DNA of 64,000 nt from Acidobacteriota bacterium. Lineage in GTDB: Bacteria > Acidobacteriota > UBA6911 > RPQK01 > DATIPO01. The notes beneath the pieces were generated by a model. That model had not been told where the DNA came from. It searched no databases and saw only the letters and a list, made by a program, of their open reading frames with translations. Positions 9,085-19,193 of the stretch are shown here, in pieces; the first letter of the stretch is position 1, and each line of letters starts with the position of its first letter. The stretch lies in assembly GCA_035471785.1 (NCBI GenBank), contig DATIPQ010000098.1, forward strand, positions 41,446 through 105,445, given 5' to 3'. The position numbers and the translations under genes were made by a program.

Positions 9085-10245
9085 TCACGACCACCTTCGT
9101 AAAAGGAGCACGATCGAGCGGGCCATCCTGGCAGTCACCGGGTTGCTGAGCATGCGACGGCGCAGGCGCATGGTCAAGCTGCTGTTCAGCTCCCTCACCT
9201 CGGCATCCAGATCTTCTGCATGCTTGCGGAGGAGAGGGATCAGCCACTCCAGATAGCGGGCCGCGGCCTGCATTTCGGCCTGGTGCTGCGGAGGCATGCG
9301 GGCGAATTCGTCGATGACGCTTTGGTAGATCCGCATCAGTTGACCAACTATCAGTTCAAGACCAGCCTCGCGGCGGACGCGCTCATGAACGGCTCGGGCA
9401 TCGGCGGCGTCATAGCACTCGATTTCTCTCACCAGATTTTCTGCCGTCAAGTCGTGTTCCAAGGTGTAGAGGCCAAAATTCAGCCCCCTCAAGCGGTCTA
9501 GGTTATCGCCGCTCACCATCGGTCCCAACTTTCCCAGGTCCATGACGATGACGGCTGTGCCCACGGCCAGGGCCTCGAGGGCGGCCCGTCCTTTGGCGAA
9601 TACCAGGTCGTAACGCCCCAGCTCCCTTTCGGGGTGAGGAGTGAACCTGCCTGAGATTTTGCCCAGCAGATCAAGTTCGAGACCCGCTCGTTCGCAAGCA
9701 GTTCGAACTGTTGCGACCTTGCCGCTATTCACGGTGCTGCTGAAGAGCAAGGCCTTGCGAGGACGCTGCGATAAAGGAGGGCGGGGCTGAAAGCGGTCGA
9801 GATCGACGAAATTGGGCAGCAGGGTCACCCGTCCCGCATCGATCCCCTCGGTCTCACGCAGGCGCCGTTCGTTATTCTCGTCCACGGCCAGGTAATGGAG
9901 AATGCGGGGGAAGGCAACGGGCGTCTCCTCCCAGGGAACGCTGCCGTGGCAGTAGAGGATGGCCGGCGTGGAGGGGAATCGCAGCAGGGCCTTCATGACC
10001 TCCATGTGGTGGTGTCCATGAATGATGTCGGGGGTGAAGGGAAGATCGTCGAGGCGGTCGACAACCGCGATCCCCTCCTCGCGCATCTCTTCGGCCACCG
10101 CCCCCAGGCGCGGACTGAACCCCGCCACACTCACCCCCCTGCGCACCAACGCCCCCGCCACGTCACGCACATAAAGCTCCGTCCCGGAGCGAAAATCGAG
10201 GGTGTTATTGGTGAACAGAACCTTGATTTGGAATTCCTCCCCCAC
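9085..10245 (-). CDS. Glycosyltransferase (GT4-like)
   Basis: GTG start. 386 aa with a GT-B fold-like N-terminus and a C-terminal helical domain. Confidence 0.7.
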   Translation of the reverse strand: MGEEFQIKVLFTNNTLDFRSGTELYVRDVAGALVRRGVSVAGFSPRLGAVAEEMREEGIAVVDRLDDLPFTPDIIHGHHHMEVMKALLRFPSTPAILYCHGSVPWEETPVAFPRILHYLAVDENNERRLRETEGIDAGRVTLLPNFVDLDRFQPRPPLSQRPRKALLFSSTVNSGKVATVRTACERAGLELDLLGKISGRFTPHPERELGRYDLVFAKGRAALEALAVGTAVIVMDLGKLGPMVSGDNLDRLRGLNFGLYTLEHDLTAENLVREIECYDAADARAVHERVRREAGLELIVGQLMRIYQSVIDEFARMPPQHQAEMQAAARYLEWLIPLLRKHAEDLDAEVRELNSSLTMRLRRRMLSNPVTARMARSIVLLLRRWS

Positions 10246-10308
10246 GGCAAGAGGCCTTTCAAGGCCTCCGCGAAGGAGTATAACCTGCCCCTTTGTCAGA
10301 GGGGGCTG

Positions 10309-10743
10309 CTACTGGGTGAGGAAGGTCTTGTTGATGATCTTCCAGCGGTCGGCGATTTTCTGGCAGACCAGGAAGTCGATGTAGCTGCCCCCCGCGCGCG
10401 AGATCCGCACCTTGGCCACGGCCAGGCGTCCGCCCACGACGTCGAGCGACAAGATCGACCACTCGAGTCCGTACTCCGGCTGAGGCTTCCGCCTTTCAAG
10501 CACTTGGGCGAAGGTCATCGAGCTGAGAGTCTCCTGGCCGGAAGCGTCCGACACCCACATCACCCGCCCCTCCTCCAGCGCAAAGACTTTCTCCAGCCGC
10601 TTCACATCAGCTTCCCGCCAACCCGCCACGTAGTCCTCCAACAATTGCTCAAGCTGATCCTGGTCCGAGCCTTGCCCCAAGGCGCCCAAACCGAGCCCTA
10701 TCACCAACAGAAACAAACTCCCGCCCGCAACACATCTCGCCAT
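10309..10743 (-). CDS. NTF2-like (SnoaL/DUF4440-like) secreted protein
   Basis: MARCVAGGSLFLLVIGLGLGALG signal peptide. The NTF2-like core has a ...ADRWKII C-terminus. Confidence 0.55.
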   Translation of the reverse strand: MARCVAGGSLFLLVIGLGLGALGQGSDQDQLEQLLEDYVAGWREADVKRLEKVFALEEGRVMWVSDASGQETLSSMTFAQVLERRKPQPEYGLEWSILSLDVVGGRLAVAKVRISRAGGSYIDFLVCQKIADRWKIINKTFLTQ

Positions 10744-10867
10744 CTTAGGTCTTCCTCCGTAACTGCCCTTGGCTGGCATGACTTTAGCGCATGCCGCCAG
10801 ATAATTTCAACAAATTTGAAAAATGTGCTGCCGGTACAGGTTCGAAGAAGATGGCTAGGGAAGAGTA

Positions 10868-10961
<94 letters not shown>

Positions 10962-11089
10962 GCTCGTAGGTGGGCTCGCTAGCGGGGGCAGCGAGAATCC
11001 TGCATTTTAAGGGATTTCGCGGGTGGGGTCAACGAGGCCGGCCTCCCACTTGTCGCCTCGGCGCAGTGGGAGGCGGCCTTCCAGTGTCG

Positions 11090-11797
11090 CTAGCGGACAA
11101 GGACGTCGACGTCGCGTTCCAGGCGGAAGCTGAGGAGGCGTTCCTTGCGCAGGTCGATCGTCTCGCCTTTGGTGAGCAGGACGGTGGCTCCGCCCGCTCC
11201 GCCGCCGATGGCCGCGCCGATGGCGGCTCCCTTGCCGCCGCCCGCGATCGCACCGATGATGGCGCCGATTCCGGCCGCCACGCCAACCTTCTTGGCGTCC
11301 TTGCCGGCCGATCCTTCAGCCTGAAACTCGACGGTATCGGTGACCAGGGTCTGGGGATCGTCCTCGATGTAAAGCCGGGTCAGCTCAAGGACCATGCGGG
11401 CGCGTCCTTTGACCTTGCCGGAGCTCTCCACGTCGATGAGACGGCCCTCAAGGCGGCTGCCCTTGGCGGCCACCAATTGTCCCTGCTCGTCGAAAAGATC
11501 GCGGTCGAGGATGGCTTCGAAGGTGTCGCCCGTCCGGTTTTCTTCGCTGCTCAGGTTCTCAGCCAGACGGATGGGGACGGGAGTTCCCTCAGGGATGACA
11601 TAGTTGCCCCGGCGAGGTCCTCTGACCACATCAGGGTCGCGATTGGGGTCGGTGCGACGGGGAGTGGAGGGGACGACTACCGGCCGATCCTGTTGCTGAG
11701 CCGCAAACTCGGGGGAGGCCGGATGTGCAACCAAGGCCACTCCGGTCATGCCGACCAGAAGAAAGATGATGGTGATGAGGGCAAGATGCTTTTTCAT
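11090..11797 (-). CDS. Secreted glycine-zipper protein
   Basis: Signal peptide, Pro/Arg-rich linker, and a C-terminal GxxxGxxxG-rich stretch (GIGAIIGAIAGGGKGAAIGAAIGGGAGG). Confidence 0.6.
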   Translation of the reverse strand: MKKHLALITIIFLLVGMTGVALVAHPASPEFAAQQQDRPVVVPSTPRRTDPNRDPDVVRGPRRGNYVIPEGTPVPIRLAENLSSEENRTGDTFEAILDRDLFDEQGQLVAAKGSRLEGRLIDVESSGKVKGRARMVLELTRLYIEDDPQTLVTDTVEFQAEGSAGKDAKKVGVAAGIGAIIGAIAGGGKGAAIGAAIGGGAGGATVLLTKGETIDLRKERLLSFRLERDVDVLVR

Positions 11798-11919
11798 GTT
11801 GCTGCTCCGACTTCGTTTGGTGCTTCCCGCACCTACATGAGATGAATCTGGCGGGCTGGAGTTTCAAATAGGGAGGCGATTCCAGGAGCTAATTTGAAAC
11901 GAACCCTCCGTCGCTCAAG

Positions 11920-13122
11920 CTATGGAGGGTGAACCCTGAAAGCGGTCTTGAGGACCTTGCTGCTGCCGGTGTTGAGGGCGCAGTGGATGGCCTTGCGGTA
12001 GTCTTCCAGGGCGTAGACGGCTCCCACAAATCCTTCCAGCTCCTGGCGCAGCTTGCCCACTTCGTCGATGGCCCGGGCGAAGAGAGGCAGATGGCAGGTA
12101 TAGCTCGAAGTCACCGTCAGTTCCTTGAACCAGATGGCCGTCCAATCGACGTTCTTGGGGATGCCGGGCATGCCCACCAGCATCACGGCGCCTCCCGTGT
12201 CGGTCAGACGCAAGGCGTCATCGATAGTGCGCGAAGAGCCGATGCAATCGAAACACAGGTCGGCTCCGCCCAGGAAAACAGGGCCGCCCAGTTCGGGCTG
12301 GAAAGAACGGGCCTGATAAATCTCGGCGATTTCGGAATAGAATCCGGACCCGGTGCCGATGACGATGTCGGCCCCCAGCCGGCGGGCTAATTCCTGCTGG
12401 TGCGGATGCTTGGCAACGACAGTGACGTGTGATTTGCAGCCCAGCGAGCGGATGGCGGCAAGGGTCAGGGCGCCCATGGTCCCGCAACCGATGACCAGAA
12501 TGCGCTTGTCGTCCTTGAGGGGGGCCCGGTTGGCGGCGTGGAGGGAGCAACTGAAAGGCTCGGCCAAAACGGCGATCTCGTCGGGAAGGTCGGCGGGGGC
12601 TGCATGAAGCTGCAGTTCATGGGCCACGAAGCTGTCGCTCCACCCTCCGCCGGTATCCTGACAGAAACCGGTTTGCAGACCGGCTCCGATCACCCCTTGG
12701 TCGATCTTGTGGCAGTAGATGTCGTTTCCGCCGAGGCAATAGCTGCAAGGCTGCTCGGGTTGGCGGACGCGACAGGTGAGCGGGGGCTGCAAAATGACGC
12801 GGTCTCCCGTCTTGAACCTGTCCACCTGGGCCCCGCATTCGATCACTTCGCCTACAACCTCGTGACCAAAGACGAAAGGCGAGGGCGTGAAAGGAGAGAA
12901 ATAGGCGCTGCCTTCAGCCGTCAGCGAAGCCAGGTCCGACCCGCAGATCCCGCTCAGCGAGGGGCGGACGCGCGTCCAACGGGGGGAGGGCAGAGGCTGG
13001 GGCTCGATGTCGACGTACTGCAAAGCCGCCCATCCCGAGGTGTAGAGGGACGGGAACCTGCGCCCCAGGTAGCGGGCCGTGAGATAACGAGGCACGCTCT
13101 TGACATAGCGGATGGCACGCAT
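11920..13122 (-). CDS. Zn-dependent alcohol dehydrogenase (MDR superfamily)
   Basis: GICGSDL...GHEVVGEV and GCGTMG Rossmann motifs. Start ATG 13122 is 3 nt after the stop of the HAD gene. Confidence 0.85.
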   Translation of the reverse strand: MRAIRYVKSVPRYLTARYLGRRFPSLYTSGWAALQYVDIEPQPLPSPRWTRVRPSLSGICGSDLASLTAEGSAYFSPFTPSPFVFGHEVVGEVIECGAQVDRFKTGDRVILQPPLTCRVRQPEQPCSYCLGGNDIYCHKIDQGVIGAGLQTGFCQDTGGGWSDSFVAHELQLHAAPADLPDEIAVLAEPFSCSLHAANRAPLKDDKRILVIGCGTMGALTLAAIRSLGCKSHVTVVAKHPHQQELARRLGADIVIGTGSGFYSEIAEIYQARSFQPELGGPVFLGGADLCFDCIGSSRTIDDALRLTDTGGAVMLVGMPGIPKNVDWTAIWFKELTVTSSYTCHLPLFARAIDEVGKLRQELEGFVGAVYALEDYRKAIHCALNTGSSKVLKTAFRVHPP

Positions 13123-13124
13123 AT

Positions 13125-13826
13125 TCACCGCTCCCCGGACTGCCCGACCGTCTCCTTCCACCGCAGGACGTCCCACTGGCGCTTCTCGGCCACCGCCTTG
13201 AGCCGTTTCCCAGGATTGACGACGGCCGCGTGCCCGACCTGGCTCAGCATGGGGACATCGTCCATGCTGTCAGCATACGCATAGCAGTCCTCCAGCTTCA
13301 ACGCATTGCGGCGGGCGAACTCGCGCAAGGCTTCAACCTTGGCGGCGTCGGTGATGGGGCCGAAGCTGAGTCGTCCGCTGTAGTGTCCGTTCCTTTCCTC
13401 TAGCTCGGCCGCGTAGGTCTCGTCGGCCTCCAGCCACTCGGCCAGAGGACGCAGCACCGCGGTCACGGAGCCGGTGACCAGTACCACGGCGTGTCCTTGC
13501 TGCTGGTGCCGTCGGATGCAGCGGCGGGCATCAGCATAGACGCTGGGACGCATGAATTCCTCGAAGTGCCATTGGGCCAGCTCTTCCAGTTCGGACACCG
13601 AAAAACGGGCATAGCTGCGGTAGAAGACCTCGTTGAAACGGCGGCGGCTCTTCAAGTCAAGCACAAAATAATAGGCCGCGGTGGGCAGGTAGGCCAACGC
13701 CCACAACCACTTCATCCAAGCCGGCATGGAAGCGGTACGCATGCGGGCGTAGTAGAGGACGATGTTGCCGCGGACCACGGTTCCATCGACATCGAAGAAA
13801 GCAGCGGCCGGTGAGCCTCGCTTCAC
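13125..13826 (-). CDS. HAD-IB family hydrolase (phosphoserine phosphatase-like)
   Basis: FFDVDGTV motif I. GTG start overlaps the stop of the upstream gene (GTGA). Confidence 0.8.
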   Translation of the reverse strand: MKRGSPAAAFFDVDGTVVRGNIVLYYARMRTASMPAWMKWLWALAYLPTAAYYFVLDLKSRRRFNEVFYRSYARFSVSELEELAQWHFEEFMRPSVYADARRCIRRHQQQGHAVVLVTGSVTAVLRPLAEWLEADETYAAELEERNGHYSGRLSFGPITDAAKVEALREFARRNALKLEDCYAYADSMDDVPMLSQVGHAAVVNPGKRLKAVAEKRQWDVLRWKETVGQSGER

Positions 13827-16800
13827 GGGCCAGCCTCTTGGGCCAGGCGCTGGACCGCTTGGCGGACGTCGGAAGCGATGCGCCGGTAGGTATCGCTGGC
13901 ACGGCCTCCGTTCTCACGGTAGGCGTTCATGGCGATGGGAGGCCCGAAATAGACCTCGACCTCGCCCGTGCGCGGGAGGAACGAGCCTTTGGGCATGGCC
14001 TGATAAGTACCCTTGATGTAGACGGGAATGATGGGGACGTCCAGCTCGAGTGCCATCAAACCCAGTCCCGGCTTGAAGCCCTGGATCTCGCCCGTTACGC
14101 TGCGCGTGCCCTCGGGAAAGATCAGGATCGGCTCGCCCGTTTCCAGGATCGACTTGACCAGCCTCAGTCCGGCCAGTGAGGTTTCTTCCCGCTCCAGGGG
14201 GATGACGTTGAGGAAGCTGCTGAAGAACCAACTCTTGAATCCGTTGTCGAAGAAGTAGTCGCGGGCGCCCACGCTGTGCAGCCGCTTGGCCTGGCGCGCG
14301 CCGCGAGCCTTCTTGAAGGCTGACAGTATGGCTCCGATGTCAAGGTGGCTGGAGTGGTTGGGAGCCACGATATAGGGCTTGTCCACGGGCAGATTTTCGG
14401 TGCCGTGCAGTGACAGGCGCAGGTAATAGCGGTAAATCAGGCTTAATCCCGACAGCGTCATTCCCAGACAGATGCGGTCGCGCAGAGGACGCTGGGAGAG
14501 CGGCAACGCCGAGCGGACGACGTTGGAGGGGCCCTTGCGCCCCTTGGGGCGGCGGGTTTCGACCTGCGACAGCACCTCTCCCACCGTCTGGATGGCGGAG
14601 GCCTGGTCGTCGGGAATGGTGATGCCGAAGTTGCTCTCCAGGAAGAGCAGCAATTCGATGGCCAGCAGCGAATCGAGCCCAAGGTCGGTGTAAAGATCGC
14701 TGGAGGGAGAAATCTCATGCTCCGGAAGGCCGGAGAGGCGGCTCAGTTCCTGGATGATGACCTCGCGGTCGCTGCCTTCAGCGCTTTTGCCCTCGCCGGA
14801 CGGCCGTTCTGAAGCAGCCTGTCCATCCAGCTTGCGGTCCAGCCAGCAGCGGATGGCCTGGCGGTCGAGTTCCCCGTCCTCGTTGCGGGGCAGGTGGCCG
14901 CTGTAAAGATGCATCGCCTGCAGCCGATGATAGCTGGGCAGCTCGCGGGCCAGGCTGCTCACTTCAAGCTGGATTTCGCGCTTCAGTCCGGCGCGGTCGG
15001 TATCTTCGTTGAGGTCTTCGCTGGGAACCACCACGGCATGGACTTCCTCGGTGAGGCCCGTCTTGATACCCGCCACGCAGATGTCGCGTATGGAGGGAAG
15101 CGCGCGGTAAATGGCCTCGAGGTCGATCGGGTAGACGTTCTTGCCGGCCCCCGTCACGATGACGTCTTTGATGCGTCCCGTGATGTAGACGTAGCCGTCG
15201 TTGTCGACCCAGCCCAGGTCTCCGGTATGGAACCACTGGTCGTGAATCACTTCGCGGGTGGCGGCTTCGTTCTTGTAATAGCCCTCCATCAGGCTAGGCG
15301 TCTTGACGATGATCTCGCCGATCCCTTCCTCGTCGGGATGAAAAAGGCGCAATTCCACTCCGGGAAGGGGCTTGCCGGCCGACTCGCGGCGCGAGCGCTT
15401 GAGCGGACTGACGGTCAGCACCGGAGCCGTCTCCGTCAACCCGTAGCCCTCGTAGATAGGAAATCCCATGGCGTGGTAGTCGTCGTAGAGTTCGCCTCCC
15501 AAGGCCGATCCCCCGCTGACGACGATGCGGATGTTGCCGCCGAACTCCTGGTGGATGCGAGAGAACAAGGCCTTGCCGATGTTGCGTCCGAAGCGCTTTT
15601 TGACCGTGCGGCTCAGTTGCTTTGAGGTAGCCACCCAGCTCGACTTGACTTTCGACTTGCTGGTCTTGAGGATGCGCCGCTCGATGTCGTCGCGCAGCAT
15701 GGCCAAAAAAGTGGGTACGCCAAGCAGGCAGGTGGTGCCGGTTTCGCGCATGGCCTCCAACAGGACGCGCGGCTTGAGCGAATGGGCATAGGAGATGGTG
15801 GCGCCGCCATAAATCGGCATGAGGAAGCCGCAGGAAAAGGCAAAGGCGTGGTAAAGGGGCAAAATGCACAGCAACTGGTCGGAATCGTAAATGGGCAGGA
15901 AGTGGTTGACGCCCAGCAGATTGTTGATGAAGTTGGAGTGGCTGTGCAGGGCTCCCCTGGGATTGACGATCGTTCCGCTGGTGAAGATGATGGAGGCGGG
16001 ATCGTCGGGTGCGATCTCGACCTTCTCTTCCAATTCGGGGCCGCCTTCTTCCCAACAGGTGCTGAGAGGAAAGCCGTCGACGCTGAAGGGCCGGCAGTCG
16101 TCGTTGATGTTGAGCAGCTTGCGGGGCTGCTGGGACTGCTCGTTTTCGTCGAACCCCCCGCGTTGCAGACGGCTGAAGCAGGACTCGGAGGCCAGAATGC
16201 AACGGGCTTCGGTGAAACGGGCCACTGACCAGGCCTCTTCATGCCAGGTCTGGGCGTCGATAGGCACCACGACCAGCCCGATGGAAACAGCGCCCAGATA
16301 AGTCATTCCCCATTCCGGCAAGTTCTCTGAAAAGAGTACGGCGCGGTCTCCCTTTGTCAGGCCGTAGCGCTGCAGGCGGCGGGCGATCTCACGGGATTTC
16401 TCTTCGACCTGGCGGTAGCTGAAGCGTTCCCACTGCTCGCCCCTCTTGATTTGCAGCATGGGCCGGTCGGGATAGCGTTCCACGGCCCGCCGCAAGAGGA
16501 AGGGAATGGTCAGCTCCTTGAGGGGCTCCAGCTCCCTGGGGTCGGCCACTTCCAGCGAACCGCCGCCTTCCACCTTGAGGATGAATTTCTTGACCCCCGG
16601 GATGTGCACGTTCTGCACGTAGTAACGCCAGTTGAGACGCGTTACGTCGAAATTGAACTCGACCTTCTCGTCCTCGGGCAGCTTGTGGTAGAGGCGCAGG
16701 GTGCTGTCGACCTGGAAACGGCAATCCAGGTTGAGATAGGGCTCGTAGATCTCTCCGTAGTAGTAGAGCTTTTCGTTGGCGATGCGGGTGGCCGCGATGC

Positions 16801-18169
16801 GGCGTTTGTATTTCTTGGCCACCACGTCGAAGACCGGCAACAGGTCCAGCGTCTTCTCGGCCCGTCTCAGCGGGGCGTTGCGCAGCTTGTAGCGGAAGCG
16901 GAAACGCTCGGGAGTCTGGTACTTGAGGCGCTTGATGGCGATAGGGCGGCCATCCCGGTCGAGCATCGGATTGCTCTCGAAAAAGGCGTGTATGAGGTCG
17001 TAAAGAGTCCCCAGGCGGATAGGATTCTCGAAGCCCGTGGCAACGTGGTAGATGCCCACCTCGCGCGGCGCTCCCTGTAGCGTGGGAAGCACCGCCAGCA
17101 AGGCGTTGACCACCATGTCGGCTGGAATGATGTCGAGGACCGCATCGGGGTTGAGGGGCAGGGTTTTCAGGCGTCCCTTGCCGATGGCGGCGATAAGCGG
17201 ATCGGCCATGCGCAGTCCGTCCAACCATCCGGGACTGGGTTCGGAAAGGCTGCTCTCGATCACCGAGGGTCGGACGATGGCGGTGGGCAAGTCTCCGCGC
17301 TCGCGCATCACCATCTGCTCGGCTAGAGCCTTGGTGTAGGTGTAGGTATCGTTCCAGCCACGCTGGCGGGCCCATTCCATACCGTCCTCGACCAGCTTGT
17401 CGCGCAGCCAGGAACGGCGCAGCCGTTCAACGATGTCGCGCCGCCGGCCCCTGGAAGATTTGCGGCCTTTCTTGCGGTTGCGCTCGACCAACTGCTTCAT
17501 CAGTTCGCGGCCGACTTCCTTCGACTGGGCCTGCTCTTCGATGGCCGCCACCCGAGACCTGATCTTGCTGATTTCCAGATCGAGGTCCTTGAAACCCCGC
17601 TGAGGAAAGTCGTCCTCGCTCTCGAAGGCCGAATGGTGCAGCGTTTCGGGGATGCTGGCGTTGGTGTTGCCGCACACGTAGGCGGTGGAAACATGCAGCA
17701 GTACCGCCTGGCGGCAGGACTTGGCGAAATGTGTCAGCCTCACGGCGCCGAAGACATTCAAATCCAGGGCCTCGTTGAGCGGGGCATCGAAGGACACCAC
17801 GGCCGCACTGTTGATGACGACGTCGACTTCGCCCCTGAGCCGCTCCAGCAAATCGGCTTCAATGCCCAGGTCGTCCTCGGAAATATCTCCGGCAACGGCC
17901 TCCAATTTGTCCTTGAGAAACTCTTCGATGCCATCCCCGTGGCGCGAGTAGAGGCGGTCGAAAGCGCTCGACTGAAAGAGTTCCTTCTGGATGCGCTGCT
18001 GGGCTGTGAGGGTTCCCCTTAACTGCTTCTTAGGACGGATCAAGAGGTAGATGCGGCGCACCTCGGGCGCCGACCAGAGAAGCTTTTCGACCAGCGCCTG
18101 ACCCAAAAACCCGGTCGATCCGGTAATGAAAAGGGTCTTGCCGCTGAGATAGTCCGAGATGGTTCCCAT
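13823..18169 (-). CDS. ElbD-like multidomain lipid enzyme (FAR reductase, fatty acyl-AMP ligase, ACP and AGPAT acyltransferase domains)
   Basis: N-terminal TGxxGxxG male-sterility/FAR NAD-binding domain. The central AMP-binding domain carries TSGTIVNPRG, GYGLTE and YHTGDLG motifs. A PP-binding domain carries LGLDSLLAIEL. The C-terminal PlsC domain carries NHSSHLD and FPEGTRS motifs. ATG 18169 is preferred over TTG 18199. Confidence 0.85.
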   Translation of the reverse strand: MGTISDYLSGKTLFITGSTGFLGQALVEKLLWSAPEVRRIYLLIRPKKQLRGTLTAQQRIQKELFQSSAFDRLYSRHGDGIEEFLKDKLEAVAGDISEDDLGIEADLLERLRGEVDVVINSAAVVSFDAPLNEALDLNVFGAVRLTHFAKSCRQAVLLHVSTAYVCGNTNASIPETLHHSAFESEDDFPQRGFKDLDLEISKIRSRVAAIEEQAQSKEVGRELMKQLVERNRKKGRKSSRGRRRDIVERLRRSWLRDKLVEDGMEWARQRGWNDTYTYTKALAEQMVMRERGDLPTAIVRPSVIESSLSEPSPGWLDGLRMADPLIAAIGKGRLKTLPLNPDAVLDIIPADMVVNALLAVLPTLQGAPREVGIYHVATGFENPIRLGTLYDLIHAFFESNPMLDRDGRPIAIKRLKYQTPERFRFRYKLRNAPLRRAEKTLDLLPVFDVVAKKYKRRIAATRIANEKLYYYGEIYEPYLNLDCRFQVDSTLRLYHKLPEDEKVEFNFDVTRLNWRYYVQNVHIPGVKKFILKVEGGGSLEVADPRELEPLKELTIPFLLRRAVERYPDRPMLQIKRGEQWERFSYRQVEEKSREIARRLQRYGLTKGDRAVLFSENLPEWGMTYLGAVSIGLVVVPIDAQTWHEEAWSVARFTEARCILASESCFSRLQRGGFDENEQSQQPRKLLNINDDCRPFSVDGFPLSTCWEEGGPELEEKVEIAPDDPASIIFTSGTIVNPRGALHSHSNFINNLLGVNHFLPIYDSDQLLCILPLYHAFAFSCGFLMPIYGGATISYAHSLKPRVLLEAMRETGTTCLLGVPTFLAMLRDDIERRILKTSKSKVKSSWVATSKQLSRTVKKRFGRNIGKALFSRIHQEFGGNIRIVVSGGSALGGELYDDYHAMGFPIYEGYGLTETAPVLTVSPLKRSRRESAGKPLPGVELRLFHPDEEGIGEIIVKTPSLMEGYYKNEAATREVIHDQWFHTGDLGWVDNDGYVYITGRIKDVIVTGAGKNVYPIDLEAIYRALPSIRDICVAGIKTGLTEEVHAVVVPSEDLNEDTDRAGLKREIQLEVSSLARELPSYHRLQAMHLYSGHLPRNEDGELDRQAIRCWLDRKLDGQAASERPSGEGKSAEGSDREVIIQELSRLSGLPEHEISPSSDLYTDLGLDSLLAIELLLFLESNFGITIPDDQASAIQTVGEVLSQVETRRPKGRKGPSNVVRSALPLSQRPLRDRICLGMTLSGLSLIYRYYLRLSLHGTENLPVDKPYIVAPNHSSHLDIGAILSAFKKARGARQAKRLHSVGARDYFFDNGFKSWFFSSFLNVIPLEREETSLAGLRLVKSILETGEPILIFPEGTRSVTGEIQGFKPGLGLMALELDVPIIPVYIKGTYQAMPKGSFLPRTGEVEVYFGPPIAMNAYRENGGRASDTYRRIASDVRQAVQRLAQEAGP

Positions 18170-18262
18170 AGTTGCCCGTCCCGCAGGACCAAAGGACAAA
18201 AATTGTAGCTCAAGAAATGGCCGCCGAGCAGCCGAGTCAAGGCGCCCGGCCCGAAACGGAAC

Positions 18263-19135
18263 CTATTCTAGCGGAACTACCACCCTTAAGGCAGCCCTCA
18301 TGGCTCGCGCTTCCAGCGGCGTTTCGCCGCAGATGTCGCCGTCGAACATCTTGCGCATGGGAGTTTCGGTTTCGATGCGCACGTGGGACGCGCGGTGGAC
18401 GCTGAAAGCTGGATGAGTTACGTGGGTGCCTCGATAGATGCGAGGGAAATTGAGCATCAAGTCAAGCTTCCCCACGGGGGCGATCACTACCACGTCGAGT
18501 TTGCCGTCCTCAAGCGAGGCCTGGGGAGCCATGAATTGCCCGCCGCCGCAATAGGGCGTGTTCTGGAGCAGAATCGAGGTGCAGTTCAGCTCGCGTTCTT
18601 CATCGTCCAGCCACATGCGGACGGAGATAGGCTTCATGCGTCCCAGGGCCTTGTAGACAGCCGCGAAAAAAGCCAGCGAACCTTTGAGCCGCGTCATGCG
18701 GTTGGTTTCTTCAGCCACGTGAGCCGGATAGCCGATGGCCGTCATGAGGATGAAATGGCGGTCCCGCTCCCAACCGATGTCGATGGCCTTGGTCCCTCCC
18801 TTCTCCAGCACCTCCAGAGCGCCTCCGACATTGTTGAAGGGCAACCCCAGACTCCGGGCCAGGTCGTTGCCGGTGCCCACCGGAATGAGGCCCAACTCGC
18901 AGTCGCTGCCCAACAGGCCGTTGACAGCCTCGCCGATCGTGCCGTCTCCCCCCATCACCACTACTCGCCCTTCTCCCTCAGCCACCAACTGATGCGCCAA
19001 TTGGGTGGCGTGGCCGGGCTTCTCGGTCGGCAGCAAGCGGTAGGACTGTCCACGGCCCTTGAGGAGTTTTTCCAAGCGCTGACGATGACGTTCGCTGCGG
19101 CCGCCGCCGGCAGTTGGATTATAGATGATCTTCAT
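18263..19135 (-). CDS. Lipid kinase (DAGK_cat / YegS-like)
   Basis: MKIIYNPTAGGG...GGDGT...GTGND catalytic motifs. Confidence 0.8.
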   Translation of the reverse strand: MKIIYNPTAGGGRSERHRQRLEKLLKGRGQSYRLLPTEKPGHATQLAHQLVAEGEGRVVVMGGDGTIGEAVNGLLGSDCELGLIPVGTGNDLARSLGLPFNNVGGALEVLEKGGTKAIDIGWERDRHFILMTAIGYPAHVAEETNRMTRLKGSLAFFAAVYKALGRMKPISVRMWLDDEERELNCTSILLQNTPYCGGGQFMAPQASLEDGKLDVVVIAPVGKLDLMLNFPRIYRGTHVTHPAFSVHRASHVRIETETPMRKMFDGDICGETPLEARAMRAALRVVVPLE

Positions 19136-19193
19136 GGCTGCTTCCCCAGGCCGAGTGCGCTTTGCTGCAAAGCCCTGGTATCTTATCCGATCA

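Noticed and set aside
14894-17375. Multiple 200- to 330-aa ORFs inside the ElbD-like gene on both strands
   Set aside because: All are overlapped by a single continuous ORF of about 1450 aa with four recognisable domains.
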